64,000 nucleotides of DNA, taken from the NCBI GenBank assembly GCA_964016885.1, contig OZ024743.1, positions 46,686,001-46,750,000 on the forward strand, given 5' to 3'. This DNA comes from Eledone cirrhosa (lineage: Eukaryota). Below the pieces are notes generated by a model, which saw nothing but the letters and a program-made list of their open reading frames with translations, searched no databases and was not told the origin of the DNA. This document shows, piece by piece, positions 37,912 to 54,282 of the stretch. The translations under genes were made by a program, and so were the position numbers. Position 1 is the first letter of the stretch. Each line of letters begins with the position of its first letter.

Positions 37912-39405
37912 AAAAGCCTTTGACAGAGTTCCACGTTCTGTAATCTGGCGGGCTCTTAGAAGACTAGGAATAGATGAATGGCTTGTGAAAGCGGTACAAG
38001 CCATGTATAGGGGAGCAGTCAGCAAAGTTAGGATTAGCAATGAGTATAGCGAGGAATTTAGCGTACAGGTTGGGGTCCACCAGGGCTCTGTTCTTAGCAC
38101 TCTCCTGTTCATCATAGTCCTGCAGGCAATAACGGAGGAGTTTAAGACCGGATGCCCATGGGAACTCCTGTATGCTGATGACCTCGCACTCATAGCTGAA
38201 TCTATGGTAGAACTAGAGAATAAATTCCAAACTTGGAAGCAGGGACTAGAAAGAAAGGGTCTCAAAGTCAACATGACAAAGACTAAGGTCCTTGTAAGTA
38301 GACGAGAAAACAGAACCCAGATCCCCTCAGGGAAATGGCCTTGCTCAGTATGTAGGAAAGGTGTAGGTAGGAACTCCATTCTCTGCCCCAAATGCAAACA
38401 ATGGGTTCACAAGAGATGTAGCGGGTTCTCAGGAAGCTTAATTAAGAATGTAGGCTTCACATGCAGCAAACAGCCACAGGAAACAAGTACCACCAATCTC
38501 TGGGAGGGCTCTGTAGAAACAGTAGACAGCTTTTGCTACCTAGGTAACCGAATTAGCAGCGGAGGTGGGTGTTCAGAAAGTACAATAACTAGGGTAAGAA
38601 CGGGATGGAAGAAGTTTAGGGAACTACTACTACTGCTAGCTGCAAAAGGCTTCTCCCTCAGAATGAAAGGCAGACTGTATGATGCGTGTATCCGAACAGC
38701 GATGTTGCATGGTAGTGAGACCTGGGCGCTGAAGGTGGAAGACTTACGTAGATTAGAGAGAAACAAAGCCTGCATGCTCCGATGGATGTGTAACAGTAAT
38801 ATACGTGAACGACAAAGCATAAATGATTTGAGAGAGAGACTGAGCATAAGAGGAATCAAATGCTGTGTGCAGGAGAGGCGGTTGCGCTGGTATGGACATC
38901 TGATGCGTATGAAGGATGACAGTTGCATAGAAAGGTGCAGAGCACTAGAAGTTGATGGAAACCGCGGAGTGGGGAGACCCAAGATGACCTGGGATGAGGT
39001 GATAAAAGCCGACCTTACCCAATTGCACTTCTCAAAGACAATGACACACGACCGTGACTTCTGGCGTCACGCAGTAATACAGAGTACCCGACCTGCCATG
39101 GGTACAAGCTGAAGCATATAGACAATATGCCCCCACAACCCCCACCGCAAGGTCGTCGTGGAGGTGCCACGGCAAAAAAGCACCCAGCCCACACTGTAAA
39201 GTGGACGTGTAGGCACCACGAAAAAGCACCCAGCACTCACTGTAAATGAGATTGGTGTTAGGAAGGGCATCCAGCTGTAGAAATCAAGCCAAATCAGTTC
39301 CTGTATGAGCAAGACATGGTCAGCCAACCAGACACTGCCCACAACAGGACAACCCGTCGAACCCATGCTAGCGTGGAAGAACGGACGTAAAACGGTGATG
39401 ATGAT
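37912..39405 (+). mobile_element. RTE subfamily A, 5'-truncated, frame open from KAFDRV to stop at 39112
   Basis: C-terminal part of ORF 37562..39112 ([21 protein letters not shown]), 3' UTR and (GAT)n tail; TA/CA arrays on both sides. Confidence 0.95.
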
Positions 39406-39455
39406 ACACACACACACACATATATACATATACACACACACACACATATATATAT

Positions 39456-39486
<31 letters not shown>

Positions 39487-39919
39487 CATATATATACACA
39501 CACACATATATATACATATATATATATATACATATACATATACATATATATACATATACATATATATACATAATGGAGGCACATGGCTTAGTGGTTAGAG
39601 CATTGGCTTTGCAATCGAAAGGTTGTGAGTTCAATTCTCAGACCGTGTTGTTTCCTTGAGCAAGACACTTTATTTCACATTGCTCCAGTTTACTCAGCTG
39701 TAGAAATGAGATGATAGGGACTGGGGTCCATATCATTCCACTGCAAGGTGGTCGTGGAGGTGCCACGGCAAAAAAGCACCCAGCACTCACTGTAAATGAG
39801 GTTGGTGTTAGGAAGGGCATACAGCTGTAGAAATCAAGCCAGAATCAGTTCCTGTCCCACCCTTGCAAGCAGGGAAAAGCGGACGTAAAATGATGATGAT
39901 GATGATGATATATATACAT

Positions 39920-40863
39920 ATCATCATCATCGTTTAACGTCCATATTCCACGCTTGCATGGGTTTGGACGGGTGTTTTCCCACTTGAGGCAAGAGTGGTT
40001 GTCTTGCACGCATAGGACTGTCTGGCGGGTTTTCTACGGCTGGATGCACTTCCTAACACCAACCACATTTACAGTGTGGAACTGGGAGGTTTTTACCGTG
40101 TTACCTACACGGCCACATTACAGTGTGGACTGTGTGTTTTTTTGTCGTGACACCTATACGATCTCATTTGTTTCGGGCTGGATGTGTGGTACCAACATAA
40201 CTTTACATTGAAAGGGGTGGTGTGGATGGGGTGGGGGTAGTGGCATGGGGGTGTATTTTGTTAGAGGTGCCTACTGACTGTAGTAGGTTTCGCTTTGTAC
40301 TTAGGTAAGGCGGGTCTTCTCTATTACTGTGTAGTGCCAAAGATCTCAGTCCAGTGACATTGTCTTGGAGAGGTGTAAGTGTGTGAGGTCGGAATTTATC
40401 AAGTCGTCCCAGGTTTTTCTGGGTCTGCCTACTCCGTGGCTACCGTCTATTTTTATTGCCCTGCACTTTTTTATACAGCTGTCGTCTTTCATGCTCATCA
40501 CGTGACCATCCCAACGTAGTCTTCTCTCGAGTAAACAACATCTGATCCCTCTTATTTCTAATTTTTCCCTTAGTTCGTTTATGCTTTGCCGCTCACGTAT
40601 ATTACTATTACACATCCAGCGGAGCATGCAAGCTTCGTTCCTCTCCAGTCTGCGTATATCCTCTGCACACAATGCCCAGGTCTCACTGCCATGAAACATT
40701 GCTGTTCGTATGCAGGCATCATACAGTCTGCCTTTCATTTTTAGGGAGAACCCTTTAGCGGCTAATAGTGGTATAAGCTCTCTGAACTTTTTCCATCCAG
40801 TTCTGACTCTAGCTACTGTACTTTCAGAGCACCCTCCCCCGCTGCTGATTTTGTCACCCAGGT
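39920..40863 (-). mobile_element. RTE subfamily B 3' portion
   Basis: [29 protein letters not shown]...[10 protein letters not shown]-type UTR and tail. Confidence 0.92.
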
Positions 40864-42235
40864 ATACATATACATATATATACATATTTATATACATATA
40901 CATATATATACATATATATACATATATATATATACATATCATCATCATCATTTTACGTCCGCTTTTCTCTGCTTGCAAGGGTGGGACGGGAACTGATTCT
41001 GGCTTGATTTCTACAGCTGGATGCCCTTCCTAACACCAACCTCATTTACAGTGAGTGGTGGGTGCTTTTTTGCCGTGTATATACATATATATACATATAC
41101 ATATATGTACATATACATATATGTACATATACATATATATATACATATACATACATATACATATATCTATATATATAAAGGGAAGATGGACATTGTTTAG
41201 TGTACCGAACTTGCATGCTACACCGTTCATCCAATTTTCATGAAACCTCACACATATATAAAACTCAACGCGTAGAGTGGAATAGGCTACTAGAAATTTT
41301 CGAAAAATCGATAATCGGGCCCTATGACAGAATGTTTTTCGATTCCAATGAAATTTTATGTGAATTCGAACACAAGAACTCTTAGTTTACATCTGGCGCA
41401 ATAAAAATAAATTTCATATGCCCATATAAGGACGTGCGTTATTGATTGGACGGCCAGCTGCATGTCTTCCCAGCTGTCTCAGTAAACGACCGACCATTAA
41501 AGTGTTTATCTTTTCATATTCCACCTTATTCAAGTGGAAATATAGTATTATCCCTATCTGAAAAGGGAACCAAATTTAATGGTGTCTTTTGTGAACCTAA
41601 AAACTGTGAGTAAATTTTCAAAGTCTTAAATAATCATGCTTTTTGAAAAAAAAATTACTAAATAATACGTTGACCAAGTTGTATTGTACACATACAATAC
41701 AAGTAAAAAAATTTACGTCGTACCAATGTTTTCCTTTTTTAAACAAAAGATTCTAAAAAATTACTTAATTTATAATACAGTCTTTTGCACAGGAAGTGAG
41801 TAACTTTTCGGGTGTTTAAACCTAAGTTCACCAGGGTTTGTGTCTTCATTATTAGCCCACCTCTAATGGCATTTTTTGTTCTGCTTACGACTAAATGTTA
41901 TGAGCGTATTTGCAATTAATTGCGCACACGTGCACACCTGCATGCAGATAGACACTGACAGCCAATAAAAAATCGATAACTTGCTTATTAAGATAACGGT
42001 CAAAAGGAGAGATTGAATGTACTTTAGAACATGTTTTGAATATATTGTTCTTTTTGGCATGATATGTCAGAAATATAGCTACTATACACTTTGGTTATTT
42101 TTTGTAACTAAAAATGGTTCCTTTTGGGTGGATACTTAACGAGAAAAATCCTAGGGTTTTGGACAAGTTTGTTTCAGGCGCTGTATAGACGCTTATTTTG
42201 TCACACCTTGGTCATGAATTCGTATTCTTTTCCAA

Positions 42236-42494
42236 TAGATATTTTCCGCTCTATAAGGCTCACCAGGATATAAGGCGTATCATTTAAAATCAGGTCCGCA
42301 CAACGGCGTGTAAGGCCAACCAGGAAAATGCTATCTTCTTTACTTTTAGTCTAGATCTATTACTTCTGTTAGAGCCGTGATTGATTACCATTGTATTATT
42401 TATACATAAGGCTCACCGGAGTATAAAGCGCAGAGCTGTTTTTTGATTAAATTTAATTATTTTAAGTGCAATTTATAGACGGGAAAATTCGGTA
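42236..42494. mobile_element. pogo/Tigger-like MITE nested in the Helitron
   Basis: TAgatattttccgctctataa ... ttatagacgggaaaattcggTA degenerate TIRs; internal repeat ataaggctcacc twice. Confidence 0.65.
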
Positions 42495-42938
42495 AGTTAT
42501 TGTAATCATATTTCCAAACCTTCCCATTCACCAGTAACCATGCTAACGAATCTGGTGTCATCTCTCTCTGTATTTAATCACCTCTCTCTAACCTAACAGC
42601 TTCGTTACACATCGTTATGCCCACACGGAAACGTTCAAGACTTACCTCCAAAAAAGGTACAGCTATTGCTTTGAGACAACGAATTAGGCGTTCTCAGGTA
42701 TGAGTTCATTCACAATTGATTAATCCTTTATGCAATATTCTCCCTTAATGTTAGCAAGTACTGCGTTATCCTAACTGTCACCACTTTTAAGCAACTACAA
42801 CATTCTAATCGTAGTTATATTAAATTTATTGTCTTGCCTCGATTCCCTTTTGTTCATGTTAGACTTTTCTCATTTACTATTGACACTGCCATTGGCTTAG
42901 CTAACCAGTAGAATTAATTAATTTTCTCTAGGAAACAC

Positions 42939-43111
42939 CTGCTGAGCGCGAATCTCGACTCGCTGATAGACGTCTTTCCGGCTGGTTGAGTCACCAACAT
43001 CACGTACGACAAGGCTTGCTGATGTTCGCCTTCGTCGCCAACAAGCGCTGACGGAGGAATCACCAACATCCCGTCAGACGAGGCTTGAGGCTGTGGCAAA
43101 GGGCAATAACC
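42939..43111 (-). pseudogene. Exon-like GC-rich fragment carried inside the Helitron
   Basis: tatttag|GGT TAT TGC ... AGC AG|gtgttt; one open frame GYCPLPQPQASSDGMLVIPPSALVGDEGEHQQALSYVMLVTQPAGKTSISESRFALS. Confidence 0.45.
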
Positions 43112-43755
43112 CTAAATACAATTTTGATCAACTTTTTTTCACCTATAGCAAATTTACCGGGACAGGTTTTTAGCTACTCAAATCTACTTCAGAGATCACG
43201 CATTGATGTAAAAAATCCATAAAACTGAAGCGGGGCTCGACTTTGCGCAAAAAAACAAGGCAAAGTTACACATGGGAAAACTTTTTACAGGAACGTCCTA
43301 TATTCTTGAAAACTGTCACAAAAGACACGCCATTATGCCGCGGTTAAGATAAAGGCCCTTATAATTCTTCTTCTGCACATGTGAGCGCAAAAATTGTAAA
43401 AAAAAAAACCTGAAAGTAATCGACATTTTCACCCTGCTTTAAATTAACTGAACATTCAATATCAAGCGATTTTGACTTCCGTCAGTCGTGCAGAGAACAA
43501 TTTCAACGATACAGTGTAACTACAATTAATAAATTACACACCTGTGTCTACTAACCTATTTTTTTCCATTGAAGTTCGAAGTTTTGAACCTGTGATGCGC
43601 GGGAAGTAACTTTCACACATTCTAACAGACCAAAGGTCGACTTACACCCGGGTAACGCCGGGTACTTCTGCTAGTATATACATATATATACATATACATA
43701 TATATATACATATATATACATACATATATATATATACATAGATATATATATATAG

Positions 43756-43788
<33 letters not shown>

Positions 43789-43847
43789 CATACATATATA
43801 TATACATACATATATATATACATACATACATATATACATACATATAC

Positions 43848-43900
<53 letters not shown>

Positions 43901-43995
43901 GATATATATATACATACATATATATATATATATACATAGATATATATATATACATACATATATATATATATACACATAGATATATATATACATAC

Positions 43996-44050
<55 letters not shown>

Positions 44051-44911
44051 CATATGTATATATATACATATATATATCTATACATACATATCATCATCAT
44101 CATCATCATTTCATTTTACGTCCGCTTTTTCCCTGCTTGCAAGGGTGGGACGGGAACTGATTCTGGCTTCATTTCTACAGCTGGATGCCCTTCCTAACAC
44201 CAACCTCATTTACAGTGAGTGCTGGGGTGCTTTTGTCCGTGGCACCTCCACGACCACTTTGAAGTGGAATGATATATATACATATATATATACATATATA
44301 TATATACATATATATATATACATACATATATATACATATATATATACATAACCATATACAACCGCAGAGTGGGGAGACCCAAGATGACCTGGGATGAGGT
44401 GATAAAAGCCGACCTTACCCAATTACACCTCTCAAAGACAATGACACACGACCGTGACTTCTGGCGTCACGCAGTAATACAGAGTACCCGACCTCCCATG
44501 GGTACATGCTGAAGCATATAAACAATATGCCCCCACACCCCCCACCGCAAGGTGGTCGTGGAGGTGCCACGGCAAAAAAGCACCCAGCCCACACTGTAAA
44601 GTGGACGTGTAGGCGCCACGAAAAAGCACCCAACACTCACTGTAAATGAGGTTGGTGTTAGGAAGGGCAACCAGCTGTAGAAATCAAGCCAGATCAGTTC
44701 CTGTATGAGCAAGGCATGGTCAGCCAACCAGACACTGCACACAACAGGACAACCCGTCTGACCCATGCTAGCGTGGAAGAACGGACGTAAAACGGTGATG
44801 ATGATACATATATATATACATATATATACATATATATATATACATATATACATATATATATATACATATATATACATATATATATATACATATATACATA
44901 TATATATATAC

Positions 44912-44992
<81 letters not shown>

Positions 44993-45017
44993 CATATATA
45001 TATATACATATATACAC

Positions 45018-45062
<45 letters not shown>

Positions 45063-45286
45063 CATATATATATATACATATATACATATATATATACATA
45101 TATATATATATACATATATATATACATATATATATATATACATATATATATACATATATATATACATATATATATATACATATATATATATACATATATA
45201 TATACATATATATATATATATACATATATATATACATATACATATATGTATATGTATACATATATGTATCATCATCATATATATAT

Positions 45287-45760
45287 ATCATCATCATCAT
45301 CGTTTAACGTCCATCTTCCACGCTTGCATGGGTTTGGACGGTAGTTTTCCCACTTGAGGCAAGATTGGTTGTCCTGCTCGTATAGGACTGTCTGGCACGT
45401 TTTCTACGGCTGGATGCCCTTGCTAACACCAACCACGTTTACAGTGTGGTGTGGGAGGTTTTTACCGTGTTACCTACACGGCCACAGTACAGTGTGGACT
45501 GTGTGTTTTTTTTGTCGTGACACCTACCAAAAAAACACACACTCCACGCTGTAATGTGGCTGTGTAGATAACACGGTAAAAACCTCCCAGTCCACATTGT
45601 AAACGTGGTTGGTGTTAGGAAGGGCATCCAGCCGTTGAAAACCCGCCAGACAGTCCTATACGAGCAGGACAACAAATCTTGCCTCAACTGGGAAACCTCC
45701 CGTCCAAACCCATGCAAGCATGGAAGATGGACGTTAAACGGTGATGATGATGATGATGAT
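45287..45760. mobile_element. Two RTE-B 3' UTRs fused head-to-head (inverted)
   Basis: 45287-45527 minus copy directly abuts 45528-45760 plus copy; tails point outward. Confidence 0.85.
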
Positions 45761-45782
45761 ATATATATACATATATATATAC

Positions 45783-45813
<31 letters not shown>

Positions 45814-45848
45814 CATATATATATATATACGCACATACATATATATAC

Positions 45849-45879
<31 letters not shown>

Positions 45880-45898
45880 CACACATACATATATATAC

Positions 45899-45933
<35 letters not shown>

Positions 45934-46060
45934 CACACATATATATATATACATATATATATATATACATAAATGTAGGAGGTGAGTTTTATTGTAGTAC
46001 AATAAAGCAATGCAGATATCGGATAAGAAGCACTCTACAGTTTGTGGGACTGGAGTATGC

Positions 46061-47421
46061 ATAATATAAGATCAAAAGATCAATTCTTTATCAATTTAGA
46101 ATCTTTTCTCAAAGGCACATATACATACACCTCTTTAAAATATACCCATCTACCTTACTTTAAAGGGCATTATACACTCTATAGTACTCGTTTACTCATT
46201 TACCTCATCCTATCTTCTCGTAAAACAATAACATTTGTTTTTGACATTTTGAATATTCATCCGCAATCATTATTATTTTTTTTTTTTTCCTCTATCATAA
46301 ATCTTTTTAATCTCAATTTCATCCTTAATTTATTATTATATATTTTTTTTAATATATACTCATATATTCTTTAAAATATACCCATCTACCTTACTTTAAA
46401 GGGCATTATACACTCTATAATACCCGTTTACTCATCACCCTCATTATATCTCCTCGTAAAACAATAACATTTGTTTTTGACATTTTGAGTATTCATCCGC
46501 AATCATTATTATTTTTTCTCTCTATCATAAATCTTTTTAATCTCAATTTCATCCTTAATTTATTATTATTTTTTTCTCCCCATCAACGAACTCATTATTA
46601 ATACATATGAATTCAATATAAAAACTCTAACTTCACATTATTTTTCTCAAATCCTATACATAAACTTTTTCTCTTTGCTAATTTTAAAATTCCTACATTT
46701 CTCCTTTTGAATATTCACCCACAATTATTATTTTTTTTTCTCTCTATCTCCATACATAATCTCCCTTCGTTATTTTTTTCTCTCTATCTCCATACATAAT
46801 TTCCCTTCGTTAATTTTCAAATTCCTTTAATTTATACATTATCTTCCAACGGTTCCCAACCTCTCTATATTAAAACATTATATCTTTTTCTCAGTTATAA
46901 AAACTATCTCTTTCTCTCTATCACCCATCTCTCCCTTTCCACCTTCACTCTCATCTCCTCCCCTTTTTTTCATCCTTTCCACCCCCACCCCTCCCTAAAT
47001 ATAATATATTTTTTCCTCGCACATATCCTCCCTTCGTTAATTTTCAAAATTTTTAATTTATACAGTATCTTCCAACGGTTTTCAACCCCTCTATATAAAA
47101 TATATCTCCTCTCTGTTATAAAAACTATCTCTTTCTCTCTATCACCCATCTCTCCCTCTCATCTCCTTCCCTTTTCATCCTTTTCTCTCCCCCCCTCTCT
47201 AAATAAAATATTTTTCCCAATATCACACATCAATCTAAAACCACTTTTCATATGTTGATTTAAAACTGCACTATCAACAAGTGTTTTTTTTAGCCTTCAT
47301 ATCATGTTCTCCTGTTTTATCTGATGAAAACACAAATATTATTGTTTGATGATGTTTGTTTTTGAAATGCGCATAATAAAATATATTGAACTCCTTTAAC
47401 CATCTTTTGATCTTATATTAT
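46061..47421 (+). mobile_element. Non-coding Penelope-like/retrozyme-type element with 20-bp terminal inverted repeat and internal tandem duplications
   Basis: ataatataagatcaaaagat (46061-80) versus atcttttgatcttatattat (47402-21); duplications with about 236 bp (46132/46368) and about 227 bp (46803/47030) offsets; hammerhead near the 3' end. Confidence 0.6.
47313..47383 (+). ncRNA. Type I hammerhead ribozyme (minimal palindromic stem III)
   Basis: Stem I UGUUUUAU/AUAAAAUA; core CUGAUGA 47321-27; stem II 14 of 15 pairs (incl. G-U) with loop UGUUUG; GAAA 47364-67; palindromic AUGCGCAU; AUA cleavage triplet ending 47375. Confidence 0.78.
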
Positions 47422-47439
47422 ATATATACATATATATGT

Positions 47440-47800
47440 ATCGTGTAGGTGTCACGACAAAAAACACACAGTCCACGCTGTAAATGTGGCCGTGTAGGCA
47501 ACACGGTAAAAACCTCCCAGCCCCACACTGTAAATGTGGTTGGTGTTAGGAAGGGCATCCAGCTGTAGAAAACCCGCCAGACAGTCCACGCTGTAATGTG
47601 GCCGTGTAGGCAACACGGTAAAAACCTCCCAGCCCCACACTGTAAATGTGGTTGGTGTTAGGAAGGGCATCCAACTGTAGAAAACCCGCCAGACAGTCCT
47701 ATGCGAGCAAGACAACCACTCTTGCCTCAAGTGGGAAAACCCCCGTCCAAACCCATGCAAGCGTGGAACACGGACGCTAAACCTGATGATGATGATGATG
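47440..47800 (+). mobile_element. RTE-B 3' UTR with internal duplication; other plus-strand B tails at 48355-48575 and 61322-61575
   Basis: Module cagtccacgctgtaa...cccgccaga repeated at about 47470 and 47582; (GAT)n tail. Confidence 0.85.
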
Positions 47801-47801
47801 A

Positions 47802-47841
<40 letters not shown>

Positions 47842-47854
47842 CATATATACACAC

Positions 47855-47887
<33 letters not shown>

Positions 47888-47898
47888 CATATATATAC

Positions 47899-47929
<31 letters not shown>

Positions 47930-48030
47930 CATATATATACATATATATATATATATACATATATATACATATATATATATACATATATATGTATACATAT
48001 ATATATACATACATACATACATACATATAC

Positions 48031-48061
<31 letters not shown>

Positions 48062-48575
48062 CATATATATATATACATACATACATACATATATATATAT
48101 ACATATATATACATATATATATATATACATATATATATACATATATATATACATATATATATATATACATATATATATACATATATATATACATATATAT
48201 ATATATATACATATATATACATATATATATATATACATATATATATATACATATATATACATATATATATATATACATATATATATACATATATATACAT
48301 ATATATATATATACATATATATACACATATATATATATACATATATATACACATCAGTCCACGCTGTAATGTGGCCGTGTAGGCAACACGGTAAAAACCT
48401 CCCAGACCCACACTGTAAATGTGGTTGGTGTTAGGAAGGGCATCCAACTGTAGAAAACCTGCCAGACAGTCCTATGCGAGCAAGACAATCACTCTTGCCT
48501 CAAGTGGGACTACCCCCGTCCAAACCCATGCAAGCGTGGAACACGGACGTTAAACGTTGATGATGATGATGATGA

Positions 48576-50476
<1,901 letters not shown>

Positions 50477-50477
<1 letters not shown>

Positions 50478-51286
50478 CATCATCATCATCATCATCAACG
50501 TTTAACGTCCGTGTTCCACGCTTGCATGGGTTTGGACGGGGGTAGTCCCACTTGAGGCAAGAGTGATTGTCTTGCTCGCATAGGACTGTCTGGCAGGTTT
50601 TCTACAGTTGGATGCCCTTCCTAACACCAACCACATTTACAGTGTGGGTCTGGGAGGTTTTTACCGTGTTGCCTACACGGCCACATTACAGCATGGACTG
50701 TGTGTTTTTTTGTCGTGACACCTACACGATCTCATTTGTTTCGGCCTCGATGGCGCGGCACCAACATAACTTTACATAGAACGGGGTGGTGGTGGTGGGA
50801 CGGGGTGTATTTTGTTAGAGATGCCTACTGGCTGGAGTAGGTTTTACTATATATTTAGGTAAGGCGGGTCTTCTCTGTTACTGAGTACCGCCAAAGGTCT
50901 CGGTCCAGTGACATTGTCTTGGAGAGGTGTAAGTGTGTGATGTCGGAGTTTATCAGCTCGTCCCAGGTTTTTCTAGGTCTGCCTATTCCGTGACTACCGT
51001 CTATCTTTATTGCCCTGCACTTTGTTATACAGCTATCGACTTTCATGCGCATCACGTGTCCATACCAACGTAGCCTTCTCTCGAGTAAACAACATCTGAT
51101 CCCTCTTATCTCTAATTTTTTCCTTAGTTCGTTTATGCTTTGCCGTTCACGTATATTACTGTTACACATCCAGCGGAGCATGCAAGCTTCGTTCCTCTCT
51201 AGTCTGCGTATATCCTCTGCACACAATGCCCAGGTCTCACTGCCATGCAGCATTGCTGTTCGTATGCAGGCATCGTACAACCTGCC
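50477..51286 (-). mobile_element. RTE subfamily B 3' portion
   Basis: [19 protein letters not shown]...[13 protein letters not shown] and tail; nearly identical to 56644-57467. Confidence 0.93.
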
Positions 51287-51320
51287 TATATATATATATA
51301 TATATATACATATATATACA

Positions 51321-51482
<162 letters not shown>

Positions 51483-51499
51483 CATATATATATATATAC

Positions 51500-51642
<143 letters not shown>

Positions 51643-51697
51643 TATATAATATACATATATATATATACATATATAATATACATATATATATATATAC

Positions 51698-51746
<49 letters not shown>

Positions 51747-51831
51747 CATATATATATATACATATATATATATACATATATATATATACATATATATATA
51801 TACATATATATATATATACATATATACATAT

Positions 51832-51950
<119 letters not shown>

Positions 51951-51994
51951 CATATATAATATACATATATATATATACATATATAATATACATA

Positions 51995-52028
<34 letters not shown>

Positions 52029-52181
52029 CATATATATACATATACGTATATATATACATATATATATATATACATATATATATATACATATATATACATA
52101 TACGTATATATATACATATATATATATACATATATATATATACATATATATACATATATATACATATACGTATATATATAC

Positions 52182-52288
<107 letters not shown>

Positions 52289-52345
52289 CATATATACATA
52301 TATATATATATACATATATACATATATATATATATACATATATAC

Positions 52346-52392
<47 letters not shown>

Positions 52393-52429
52393 CATATACA
52401 TATACATATATATATACATATATATATAC

Positions 52430-52484
<55 letters not shown>

Positions 52485-52485
52485 C

Positions 52486-52535
<50 letters not shown>

Positions 52536-52540
52536 ATATA

Positions 52541-52596
<56 letters not shown>

Positions 52597-52644
52597 CATA
52601 TATATATATACATATATATATATACACATATATATATACACATA

Positions 52645-52700
<56 letters not shown>

Positions 52701-52896
52701 CATATATATATATATACATATATATATATACATATATATATATACACATATATATATACATACATATATATATATACATATATATATACACATATATATA
52801 TATACATACATATATATACATATATACATATATATATATACATACATATATATACATATATATACATATATATATATATACATACATATATATATA

Positions 52897-52934
<38 letters not shown>

Positions 52935-53124
52935 CATATATATACATATATATATATATATATACATACATATATATATATATACATACATATATATATA
53001 TACATATATATATATACATATATATATATACATACATATATATACATATATATACATATACATACATATATATATATATATACATACATATATATATATA
53101 TACATATATATATATACACATATG

Positions 53125-53201
<77 letters not shown>

Positions 53202-53233
53202 GTATGTGTATATATATATATACATATATATAC

Positions 53234-53394
<161 letters not shown>

Positions 53395-53429
53395 TATACA
53401 TACATATATATATACATATATATATATAC

Positions 53430-53462
<33 letters not shown>

Positions 53463-53463
53463 C

Positions 53464-53513
<50 letters not shown>

Positions 53514-54016
53514 GTGTATATATATATATATATATATCTCCCTTGTCGAATTCCATGTGCGTATTTCGCTTGTGGTTAGCCTCTTATCCGCTAGGAAAAA
53601 GCTCGTTGATGAAGTAAACTCCATTCCTCTTGCTCTAGTAGTCTTATATATTTATATGTGAGCTGATAGAGTACAGTCTAAGGATTTACAGAAACCCAAG
53701 AAGCTAGATTTAACACCTTTCTAGTGGGTCCGGGTATGATTTTACATTCATTTAAATTATTGATGTATTGTTTTATTGATATTTTTTATCTGTTTGTCCC
53801 GAATCTTCTATTATCGATTTTTTATCGTATGGTTGATTTTAGACTTGTTCTATGTGTGACGGTATTTTAACGATAGTTATAGCTCTGATTCATCTGAATT
53901 ATTGAGCCCACTGCCGCTCATTTCGAATATTGTTTATCGTGAACTCGTGCGCCGATTTTTCGATACTCGATCTTTCTAATATATACATATATATATATAC
54001 ATATATATATATACAT

Positions 54017-54282
54017 AACTATAGCTTTGTAGAATTAGCTTTTAATGAATTCCCTTTTCTATCAACCAATGACCTGCACCCATCCCACTCCCCACCCTCT
54101 CCTACCACTTGTAGAGACCTATAAATACCATATTTATTTTTTGATACCCAGATTCCTGATGATTTCTAATGAATGAAACAGTTCTAGTCCTGTAGAATCT
54201 CATCTATATTAAAACTGTTATACTCTGCTATGTATTGAGTACCTTACTTACTGTGGTTACCTCCGATTCAACCCGGAATAAC
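54017..54282 (+). mobile_element. Penelope-like pseudo-LTR fragment
   Basis: TATA-like ctataaata at 54119-27, hammerhead about 25 bp downstream, attaaa just after it; embedded in TA arrays. Confidence 0.55.
54150..54200 (+). ncRNA. Type I hammerhead ribozyme
   Basis: Stem I AGAUUC/GAAUCU; CUGAUGA 54156-62; short stem II UUC-UAAU-GAA; GAAA 54175-78; stem III ACAG/CUGU; GUA cleavage triplet ending 54194. Confidence 0.82.

Larger units (their letters stand above)
41166..43674 (+). mobile_element. Non-autonomous Helitron (2.5 kb) inserted in a TA array
   Basis: 5' A|TCTATATATATAAAG; 3' hairpin acccgggtaacgccgggt followed by CTAG|T; ends resemble those of 18124-19113. Confidence 0.88.
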
